Assembly: GCA_964452695.1 (NCBI GenBank)
Contig: CAYVMY010000007.1
Location: forward strand, 575 to 26,505
Source: an uncultured Dehalococcoidia bacterium
Lineage (GTDB): Bacteria; Chloroflexota; Dehalococcoidia; Lucifugimonadales; UBA2985
Reading direction: 5' to 3'
Length of the DNA stretch: 25,931 nucleotides
A program made the translations under genes and the position numbers. Below are positions 18,154 through 25,931 of this stretch, piece after piece. The notes under the pieces were generated by a model. The model was not told the origin of the DNA. It did no database searches and saw nothing but the letters and a program-made list of their open reading frames with translations. Position 1 is the first letter of the stretch; each line of letters begins with the position of its first letter.

Positions 18154-19197
18154 TTAGAATCCCGGGATTAAATTACGCAATCGGCCCCCAAATGATAATC
18201 CAGTACTATCATGTTTGAGACCAGTTGCTATCAATGTAAGTTTGACCCCATCATCAAGACTATCGTCGATTGACATTCCAAAGTATATTGATGCGTCTTT
18301 TCTGACCGCTTTTCCAACCAATTCTCCTGCAGCATTTACCGCTCCAAGTGTTAAGGATTTACCTCCCTTAACAGAAAACAATACGCCTTCCGCTCCTTTT
18401 ATAGATATGTTCAACAGCGGATTGGACATCGCTTGTTTCACAGCATCCACCGCACCCATTTTTCCTCTACCAATACCTATGCCCATTAAGGCACCTCCTG
18501 GGTACCTCATAATGCTTCTAACATCAGCAAAATCTACGTTTATTTCACCAGGAACATTGATTAGTTCAGACACACTGAGTATACCTTGTGTCACCACATC
18601 ATCAGCTGTTCTAAATGCATCCAACATACCCGCATCTTGGTTCACATAACTAAGTAACCGGTCGTTATGTATAACAATCAAGTTGTCTACGTATGGACGC
18701 AATTGAGAAACTCCATGTACCGCAAGCTTCGCCCTCCTAGTACCTTCAAAACTAAACGGAGTCGTCACAACTCCAACCACTAGCGCACCCATCTCCTTCG
18801 CAAGGCTTGCTATTCTCGGAGATGCGCCAGTACCTGTTCCACCACCCATGCCAGCTGTAATAAACACAAGCTCAGTATCCTTCAATGCCTGCCTAATGTC
18901 ATTTTCAGATTCCTCAGCTGCATGGTGCGCCATAGCCGCATCTCCACCGGCACCCCATCCATGTGTTATTCTAGGACCTATTTGAAGAACCTCCACTTCC
19001 CCATGATCCGGCTCTACAAGAGCTTTTATGTCAGTATTAACCATGACAAATTTAATTCCAGGAACATCGTTATCTAACATACGCCTCACGCAGTTACAAC
19101 CACCACCGCCCACTCCCACCACTTTGATCCTAGCTGGTGCCTGCTCCCAATAGGTCGCCTTCTCATGATTCGAGTTCGCAAGTATCGAGTTGATCAT
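18154..19197 (-). CDS. ftsZ: FtsZ-family tubulin-like GTPase, short and divergent
   Basis: IKVVGVGGGG, NTD, AGMGGGTGTG, PFSFEG, NDRLL, INVDFADV T7 loop, TLIATG. Confidence 0.93.
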   Translation of the reverse strand: MINSILANSNHEKATYWEQAPARIKVVGVGGGGCNCVRRMLDNDVPGIKFVMVNTDIKALVEPDHGEVEVLQIGPRITHGWGAGGDAAMAHHAAEESENDIRQALKDTELVFITAGMGGGTGTGASPRIASLAKEMGALVVGVVTTPFSFEGTRRAKLAVHGVSQLRPYVDNLIVIHNDRLLSYVNQDAGMLDAFRTADDVVTQGILSVSELINVPGEINVDFADVRSIMRYPGGALMGIGIGRGKMGAVDAVKQAMSNPLLNISIKGAEGVLFSVKGGKSLTLGAVNAAGELVGKAVRKDASIYFGMSIDDSLDDGVKLTLIATGLKHDSTGLSFGGRLRNLIPGF

Positions 19198-19541
19198 TTC
19201 GATTCCCCTTCTTTCTTAATAGAAATATTTACCCAAGCCTCTAATTTTCCTCAAAATGTGCACGCCATCAGTCGCTCTACTTCTTACCCTGTAGGACACA
19301 TTATTAAAAGCATGAACTAACGCGATTCGTCTGCCATTAGTTCCATATTGCTTCTAAGCCTGTAACCCAGGTACGTTTCGCAATATGATGGAACGCTCTA
19401 CCAAAAATATGTTGCACGCGTCGGCTTAACAGAGTCAATACTTTTTCACGTACCGTACCCAGATACAAAAATAAAACCATATGTACTTGATTTCTGCTTC
19501 GTGTTAAGATTCATGTAACATACGAACCGCGACCGTAACCT

Positions 19542-20306
19542 ATGTCTATCGAACAAACATATTTCAGGCCATATGCCCCACCCGCTAATGTACAAGCAAT
19601 CCTCCATAGATTAAGGCGAATGAATATGCCACTAAGGGTCAACAGAGATTTTCTACAAACTACAGGCATATCTGAAAGCATCATTCCAAGGGTCACATCA
19701 ACCCTACGATTCCTTTCACTAACTAATGAATTTGATCAACCTACTGACACACTCCGTAATCTCGCAAAAAGTACGGACGAGGAATACATAAATCTGCTGA
19801 AACAGGCCATACAAAAAGCATATGCAGAGGATTTTCGTACAATAGATCCCGGCCAAGATACGCAAGATAAGATAATCAACGCCTTTCAAAGGTATGTACC
19901 ACGCTCACAACACGGAAGACAAGTTACGTTATTTCTTGGATTATGCCGGGAGGCTGGTATTCCTACGCTAGACTTACCACGGCGTCGTAGTATGCAAAAC
20001 CACGGCATACCAGCGCCACGATACTCGAGCAAGGCACCTGCACAACGCGGGATTCGCGCTAACAGATATGCACAGGCTAACAAAGAATATTACAGCCTAA
20101 TAGGTATTAAGAAAAATACTGACAGTGATTCCTCCGGGCAAATCCTTGGAATTACCCTTGAAGATGCTGCTAACCTTACAAAAGAAGAATTTCGAGAGGT
20201 GTGGAATGCCATGGGTACACTTATTATCGCCAGGGCTAAGCGGCAGAAAACAAATATTGACCCTTCCCTTGAACATGACTCGAACAATTACCACCCTGAG
20301 TCTTAA
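19542..20306 (+). CDS. DUF5343-like (winged-helix-type) protein
   Basis: PYAPPAN, LRFLSL, LKQAIQKAY, TLFLGLCREAGI pattern recalled for DUF5343; basic low-complexity C-terminal half. Confidence 0.6.
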   Translation: MSIEQTYFRPYAPPANVQAILHRLRRMNMPLRVNRDFLQTTGISESIIPRVTSTLRFLSLTNEFDQPTDTLRNLAKSTDEEYINLLKQAIQKAYAEDFRTIDPGQDTQDKIINAFQRYVPRSQHGRQVTLFLGLCREAGIPTLDLPRRRSMQNHGIPAPRYSSKAPAQRGIRANRYAQANKEYYSLIGIKKNTDSDSSGQILGITLEDAANLTKEEFREVWNAMGTLIIARAKRQKTNIDPSLEHDSNNYHPES

Positions 20307-20394
20307 TGATAAACTGTCGTAATAGAATATATGTCACTGTAAGAAAGATAAATTCTACGCATTACATCTGTTTTCAAAGGAGACATTCTATCCC

Positions 20395-21525
20395 GTGACC
20401 AAAAAAACAGCGTTTATATACCAAGATGCTCTATCGCGCCATGTTCTCAGGGACGGTCATGTGATGGTTCCATCTCGGATCAGATACACCTACGAACTAC
20501 TTGAATCCTACGGGGCATTCCAACTACCCAACTCAATATTAATACAACCTAGAAACGCTGAGAGGCATGAGATATTGAGTTTCCACACTGAAACATACCT
20601 TAATGCGGTAGAAAAACTCAGTAGCGGATATGATCTTGCAAATCAAGGAGAGTTCAATTTCAGTGAAACGGGTGATAACCCAGTTTATGGTGGGATGTTT
20701 GAAGCATCTATGCTGTCTACAGGAGCTTCTCTATTAGCCACGGAAATGCTTATACGCGGAGATGCAGACATCGCTTTCAATTGCTCAGGTGGATTACATC
20801 ACGCTATGACAAACCATGCTTCAGGATTTTGTATATTTAATGACCCTGTGATAGCTATTAACCTACTATTGAAACACGGATTCAGGGTGGCATATATAGA
20901 TATAGATGCGCATCATGGGGATGGTGTGCAGCAAGCCTTCTATGGTTCTGACCGAGTTATGACTATATCTATTCATGAATCCGGTTCGTTTCTCTTCCCG
21001 GGCACAGGATTTACGCACGAAATAGGAGTTGGGCCTGGTATCGGATATTCCGTGAATCTTCCTCTCATGCCTAACACGCCAGATGAGGTCTACGCCCTAG
21101 CCAATTCAGAATTGATCTCGCCCATAGTGAAGTGGTTTGCTCCTGACATACTGGTTACTCAACTCGGAATGGACCCATATTTCAGAGATCCCATTACACA
21201 TCTGGGATTGACAATCCAAGGCCACGCACATTTAGTCAAATCCTTTAGAGATCTCACCAATTCCATTCCATGGCTAGCTCTCGGAGGCGGAGGGTACGAT
21301 ATCAGCGCTGTGATAAGAGGCTGGACTATAGATTACGGCATAATGCTAGACATGATTTGGCCAGACATAATACCAAGCAGCTACAAAGGGAACCACGGAC
21401 TTACAAATCTATACGAGCAAACCAAACCTGCTATAGATGAAGTCACGTTTCGAACTACAAATCAGTTTGCCAAAGATGGCATAGAGGAACTCAAAGACAA
21501 GGTTTTTCGCCTGCATAGTATATAG
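20395..21525 (+). CDS. acuC: Zn-dependent HDAC-family deacetylase (AcuC-like)
   Basis: GGLHHA, GFCIFND, IDIDAHHGDGVQ, LFPGTG, QLGMD...DP, GGGGY. Confidence 0.88.
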   Translation: MTKKTAFIYQDALSRHVLRDGHVMVPSRIRYTYELLESYGAFQLPNSILIQPRNAERHEILSFHTETYLNAVEKLSSGYDLANQGEFNFSETGDNPVYGGMFEASMLSTGASLLATEMLIRGDADIAFNCSGGLHHAMTNHASGFCIFNDPVIAINLLLKHGFRVAYIDIDAHHGDGVQQAFYGSDRVMTISIHESGSFLFPGTGFTHEIGVGPGIGYSVNLPLMPNTPDEVYALANSELISPIVKWFAPDILVTQLGMDPYFRDPITHLGLTIQGHAHLVKSFRDLTNSIPWLALGGGGYDISAVIRGWTIDYGIMLDMIWPDIIPSSYKGNHGLTNLYEQTKPAIDEVTFRTTNQFAKDGIEELKDKVFRLHSI

Positions 21526-21581
21526 GGCAGCGGAAGTGATACTCTCTGCTTCAAATCACTGGTCCAAGGGTTCTACAGCTT

Positions 21582-22526
21582 TTACTTTGATCCGCCGTCT
21601 GGACCTTCTAGATATCTAAATAGATCGCTTTCTGATGACAGTATTACTGTTGAGTCGCTTGCTAGGACCTTTTCATAAGACTCAAGACTTCTGCGGAAAG
21701 CGAAGAATTCCTCATCTTGTTCGAGGGCATCAGCAAGTATGTTTATCGCCTTTGCTTCACCTTCACCCATCAATATATTGGCCTGTTTTTCCGCATTCGC
21801 GTTTATTACTCTAACATCCTTGTCTACATCAGCAGTTATTGTTAAGTACTCTTCCTCACCTTCAGCCCTGAGCCTCTGTGCCTGTACTGCCCGCTCAGTA
21901 CGCATTCTCTCAAGTACACTTGGCTCAATAGACCCTGGGAAATCAGCCCTTTTTATTCGAACATCTCTTATCTCTATACCAAACTGAGTTTCAGAGTCAC
22001 CCTTAATCCTATTCAATACCTCATCCATCATAGCCTGCCTTGTAGCTATACCATCAGCTGTCAACTTAGGTTCAACTATAATGGTCCCATCATCAAGGGT
22101 TGTCGGGTCACCACCGATAATTTCCTTCTGTTCCCTCTGGCCAACTTCTTCTCTAATAGCACCTATCGCAATCTTGCCAATCCTATCAGCAGCCGTCAGC
22201 TCATCTCTAAGGTTTTCCAGAAAGACCCTAGGTTCTGTTATCCTATACCTAACATAGGCGTCTATTTCCAAGAATTGACTGTCCTTGTCAGGCATGCTAT
22301 CAGTAGGAACGTCTATCCGGAGTAAACGCTTGTCGAAACGCACTACTGTTTCGATTGGAGATTTAAACTTCAATCCTGGCGTAGTAACCTGCCGTTGAAT
22401 CTGGCCAAATTGAGTGATTACTGTATATTCAGTTTCGTCAACTGTATAGACGAAGCCATACCCAGCAAACTGAGAGAACACTAGGAGCACCAATATCAAC
22501 CCTAATATAGATCCTAAGATTTTCAT
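21582..22526 (-). CDS. hflC: FtsH protease modulator HflC
   Basis: TQFGQI, PGLKFKSP, FDKRLL, DVRIKRADFP, RMRTER, EFFAFRRSLESY. Confidence 0.93.
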   Translation of the reverse strand: MKILGSILGLILVLLVFSQFAGYGFVYTVDETEYTVITQFGQIQRQVTTPGLKFKSPIETVVRFDKRLLRIDVPTDSMPDKDSQFLEIDAYVRYRITEPRVFLENLRDELTAADRIGKIAIGAIREEVGQREQKEIIGGDPTTLDDGTIIVEPKLTADGIATRQAMMDEVLNRIKGDSETQFGIEIRDVRIKRADFPGSIEPSVLERMRTERAVQAQRLRAEGEEEYLTITADVDKDVRVINANAEKQANILMGEGEAKAINILADALEQDEEFFAFRRSLESYEKVLASDSTVILSSESDLFRYLEGPDGGSK

Positions 22527-23647
22527 TGTTCACCCACTTCGTTTTCTGCAGGAACAGACCCCTTATTGCTATCCGCATTCATGACGTCCAAAGGCAGGAA
22601 TTGCAGCATACTTCCGCCACTTTCCGGATTAACAATGAATTTCTTTATCCCAGGGAGTATTTCCTCCATAGCCTCAAGATAAAGCCTTTGTCTGGTAACT
22701 TCTTTAGATTCTTGATATTCCGCTAAGACAGACACAAATCGCTCTGCCTCTCCAGTTGCGCGAGCAATGCTTTCAGCCTTAAACGCTTCTGCGCCCTGGA
22801 TCGTAACTTGGGCGGCACCTTCTGCCCTAGGTACCCTATCCTGTTGATACGCCTTAGCTTCATTGATCCGACTTTCTTTATCGACTCTCGCACTAACTAC
22901 ATCGTCAAACGCAGACCTAACCTGATCTGGAGGCCGGACGGTTTGTAGTTTAACCTCGGTTATCAAGATCCCAGTATCGTAGTAATCTAAAGTGTTCTGT
23001 AGGAGTTGTTCAGTGGCATCTTGAACCTCTTCCTTCCTAATGACAAATATATCGTCATAGCTTCTCTCTCCCACAACTTGCCTGAGGGCCATCTCCGTAG
23101 CATCCTTTAGTGTTCTCCCCTCGGGATTACCTGGAGCGATACCCCGAAGCCCGTCTCCAGGATCATCCACCCGAAACAAATATTTCTCAAGATCTGATAT
23201 ACGATACTGAACTACCATCTGGACGTTAACTATATTCAGATCACCTGTAATCATAAGTGCTTCTGACTCGGCATCAGTAACTACACCTCCAGCTCCTGTA
23301 GCAAAACCGAGCTCCATACTCCTAGTCACTTGCACATCTACCTTATTCACTTTACCAATTGGGCTCGGCCAAAACCATTGGAGCCCAGGACCCCTAGTTT
23401 CTTGAAACTGTCCAAAAAGTTGAAGGGCTGCTTTTTCTCTTGGGCCAACTGAGAACATACCAGACCCCAGCCACAAGACAAGTCCAACGGCAATCAGGCC
23501 TAGAACTAATACCCGCATACCGCCCCCACCCATGCGCCCGCCAAACCGCCCAAGGCTAGAGGAAATTCCCTTTAATATATCGTCGAAATTTAGCTCTGGA
23601 GTCCTCCGCGGAGGCTCAAATCTAAGAATGGATTTTACAAATCTCAT
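22523..23647 (-). CDS. hflK: FtsH protease modulator HflK
   Basis: PGLQWFWPSPI, MITGDLNIV, VRPPDQVRSAFDDV, VTRQRLYLEAMEEIL; 4-nt overlap with hflC. Confidence 0.93.
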   Translation of the reverse strand: MRFVKSILRFEPPRRTPELNFDDILKGISSSLGRFGGRMGGGGMRVLVLGLIAVGLVLWLGSGMFSVGPREKAALQLFGQFQETRGPGLQWFWPSPIGKVNKVDVQVTRSMELGFATGAGGVVTDAESEALMITGDLNIVNVQMVVQYRISDLEKYLFRVDDPGDGLRGIAPGNPEGRTLKDATEMALRQVVGERSYDDIFVIRKEEVQDATEQLLQNTLDYYDTGILITEVKLQTVRPPDQVRSAFDDVVSARVDKESRINEAKAYQQDRVPRAEGAAQVTIQGAEAFKAESIARATGEAERFVSVLAEYQESKEVTRQRLYLEAMEEILPGIKKFIVNPESGGSMLQFLPLDVMNADSNKGSVPAENEVGEQ

Positions 23648-23802
23648 TAATACTTTCCCTGCCCTGAATTACTATCCTGTAAAAGTTACCACATATTCCA
23701 GAAATATCAATCCCGAAACCGTGTATTATTAGTTGCAAATACCAATATATCACTTACATATTTATTGATATCGGCCCTTATAAGTCTGAATTGTCAGTAA
23801 AC

Positions 23803-24633
23803 TCAGCTAATAATTAGTGTATCCTCGCGATTGCCCCATTCCCTCCAAGATGCATCGTAATTCCGAGCCCTTGTATGGCCAATCAAACGTAGAGTAAATA
23901 ATCCGTGCGCCGCACGGATACCACCCTGTCAATAGGTTATAATTTCCTTATTTAAATCTATGCCTCTATCCAATAGCATGTCCCGGATATCTGACCTTGC
24001 CTTGAATTCGTGCGTAGAACTATCCACTGAATTCAGCCACTCTAAGTTAATTGCCCCTGGGATGTGCCCGACCCTATTATTATTTCTAGTATTATCACCC
24101 GTATATTCAGCTTCAGACCTCACATCCCATAGGGTTATAGAATCGCTGTCGATGCTTCTCTTTAATCTGTCTATATCACAAAACATTTCCGGGTTTAATC
24201 TGATAGTAAACGATCCATCGCCTCCAACATCTGGAACTTTAGTGGAGACTTCTCTTTCTTCTTTAATCCACTTCACCCACCCACCATCAAGGACAGAACA
24301 CGCACTGTGTCCGTTATAGTCTAGAACCCACCAGAGACGAGTAGCGCTCAACCCAAAATTGCCATCATATGCTATAACGTGAGTATCATCTTTTATGCCA
24401 AGACTCAACATTAATGAAATGAGTTCTTCTCCTTGCATAACATGAACAGGATCGCTCTGACCTTTAACGGTATTGTTTGGAATGTTAACTGAGTTAGGAA
24501 CATGTCCCAAAATATATTCCTCATGAGATCTAGTATCTACTATGGTAAAACGACTATCATTGACTAATTGCGCCAACTCATCTGTATCTATCAGTAACCC
24601 AAGGTATTCTTGTTTTGGCTCATAACCAACCAT
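23803..24633 (-). CDS. Tandem-domain rhodanese/sulfurtransferase, predicted selenoprotein (Sec at codon 235, TGA 23931-23929), 276 aa
   Basis: IVDTR, GHVPNSV, ATRLWWVL, DGGWVKW, DVRSEAEY, GHIPGA, then ITY-[TGA]-QGGIRAAHGLFTLRLIGHTRARNYDASWREWGN...IIS-TGA. Confidence 0.9.
23891..23927 (-). promoter_or_regulatory. Bacterial SECIS-like hairpin
   Basis: On the - strand right after the TGA: lower stem AGGGT/ACTCT, upper stem ATCCGTGC-ggc-GCACGGAT (8 perfect bp), G-initiated loop 17 nt after the UGA. Confidence 0.8.
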
Positions 24634-24820
24634 AGATCTCCCTTCACAAGCCGATTTTCATTGGGAATATTATCATATGATTCTAGACCATGGAAATTGC
24701 GTTGAATCGTTTTAGCGCTCATATATCAACTATGAACACTTTAGACATTTAACTATCTGCATTTAAACTGAAATTGGTTTAAAATTAGGATAAGTACATA
24801 ATCCAAGGAGCAGCGCAACA

Positions 24821-25570
24821 TTGATCCCACTGTCTGACCCCGACATAACCAGAGAAAATCGCCCATACATAACCATGACGATTATTGGCTTTAATGCCAT
24901 CATTTTCCTATACGAATTAACTCTTGGTAGCCTAGAAACGGCTCAGTTTTTCTACAAGTGGGGCTTCATACCATTGGAGTTCACAAGTGGTAAAGAATTC
25001 GAGAACCTCTTTACCGGAACTGAAATGCTTCCAATACAGTCGAGCATACCCACATGGGCCACTGCAATAACTTCCATGTTTATGCATGGGGGCTTTATGC
25101 ATTTTGGATCAAACATGCTATTCCTTTGGGTTTTCGGGGATAATATCGAAGACAGACTTGGCCATATCAAATTCATCCTATTCTATATTTCTTGTGGAGT
25201 TGCCGCACTTTTGTTTCAGGTCGCCACAAACGGACAAAGCCAAGTGCCCAATATAGGGGCAAGTGGAGCCATAGCTGGGGTACTCGGAGCTTATCTAGTT
25301 TTATTTCCTTACAGTAGGATCAACACATTGCTAATTATGTATTTCATAACGATCATTCGCATACCCGCAGTTTTCATGCTCGTTTTTTGGTTCATATTAC
25401 AATTTTTTGGTGGGATAGGGTCTCTCAGCACTGCAACTGCACACACTGGGGGCATTGCCTACTGGGCACATGTAGGAGGATTCCTGGCGGGAGTCATTTG
25501 CATAGTAATTTACATTAAAGCCAACGGGCTCCAAGTTTTCCCAAGGCGAAAGAATCAAGACTTCTATTAG
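24821..25570 (+). CDS. Rhomboid family intramembrane serine protease
   Basis: SMFMHGGFMHFGSNMLFLWVFGDNIEDRLG, GASGAIAGVLGAY, YWAHVGGF; AGGAG SD; TTG start. Confidence 0.95.
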   Translation: MIPLSDPDITRENRPYITMTIIGFNAIIFLYELTLGSLETAQFFYKWGFIPLEFTSGKEFENLFTGTEMLPIQSSIPTWATAITSMFMHGGFMHFGSNMLFLWVFGDNIEDRLGHIKFILFYISCGVAALLFQVATNGQSQVPNIGASGAIAGVLGAYLVLFPYSRINTLLIMYFITIIRIPAVFMLVFWFILQFFGGIGSLSTATAHTGGIAYWAHVGGFLAGVICIVIYIKANGLQVFPRRKNQDFY

Positions 25571-25577
25571 GCTGCGA

Positions 25578-25931
25578 TCAACCAATAGATAGACCAAAGA
25601 TAACACTCCCCCACAATATTATCCCTATCAACGCGAAAACCACTTCTCCGAGCTGTATTGGCATTTCTCTCTCATTTTCCGCGCCTGACACGTACCAATA
25701 CTCGTTGAGCGTAGCCTGAGTCCAAATGATTGAAGTCGTAATCAAAGCCAAGCTAATAAAATTCACCAAAAAGAGAAAAACTAGATTTTGCACTCCAGAT
25801 GACGTAATACCTAGAATTTGATTCAGAACCATCAAGAGAACGACCAATTTGGGATTGAGTGATGTGGCTATCTCGGATCTATGAGCCATATTCTGTATCA
25901 ACTCAACATGCCTATGTAATCGGAACAAGCC
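25578..25931 (-). CDS. Hypothetical membrane protein, probably 5'-truncated by the window edge
   Basis: Frame open to the window end; three hydrophobic segments; no recognised family. Confidence 0.6.
   Translation of the reverse strand, partial: GLFRLHRHVELIQNMAHRSEIATSLNPKLVVLLMVLNQILGITSSGVQNLVFLFLVNFISLALITTSIIWTQATLNEYWYVSGAENEREMPIQLGEVVFALIGIILWGSVIFGLSIG

Noticed and set aside
23929-24633. Rhodanese as a truncated pseudogene
   Set aside because: The stop is TGA exactly at the catalytic Cys, the downstream frame is intact and a SECIS-like hairpin is present. Sec recoding explains this better.
1-25931. CRISPR arrays, tRNAs (including tRNA-Sec), rRNA, IS elements
   Set aside because: No repeat-spacer periodicity, no cloverleaf other than the tmRNA tRNA-like domain, and no transposase motifs were seen.

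Overview
A core-genome window, probably from a Dehalococcoidia-like (possibly SAR202-type) Chloroflexota; this taxonomy is inferred from gene content only. In order it holds: nuoABCD (-); a CtpA/S41 protease, smpB and tmRNA; a promoter and terminator-containing structured leader driving a P1/S58 hydrolase-panG-panB-panC operon with no panD; surE; birA; RNase P RNA; a full-length large serine recombinase lacking its catalytic Arg residues, coupled to a DUF164 zinc-ribbon gene; a SAM methyltransferase; an MFS transporter; an auracyanin/azurin-like lipoprotein; larB; DUF971; a short divergent ftsZ; DUF5343; an AcuC/HDAC deacetylase; hflC and hflK; a tandem rhodanese; a rhomboid protease; and a partial membrane protein. 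The strongest hidden signal is the rhodanese. Its apparent TGA stop sits exactly at the catalytic Cys position, the frame continues for 41 more codons of rhodanese sequence, and a bacterial SECIS-like hairpin follows, so it is most likely a selenoprotein that the ORF track truncates. Other notable items are the probably inactive, domesticated recombinase, the pan-operon attenuator RNA, a ThnT-like hydrolase in an operon lacking panD, and a probable ATA start codon in larB. No CRISPR array, tRNA, rRNA or clear mobile element was seen.
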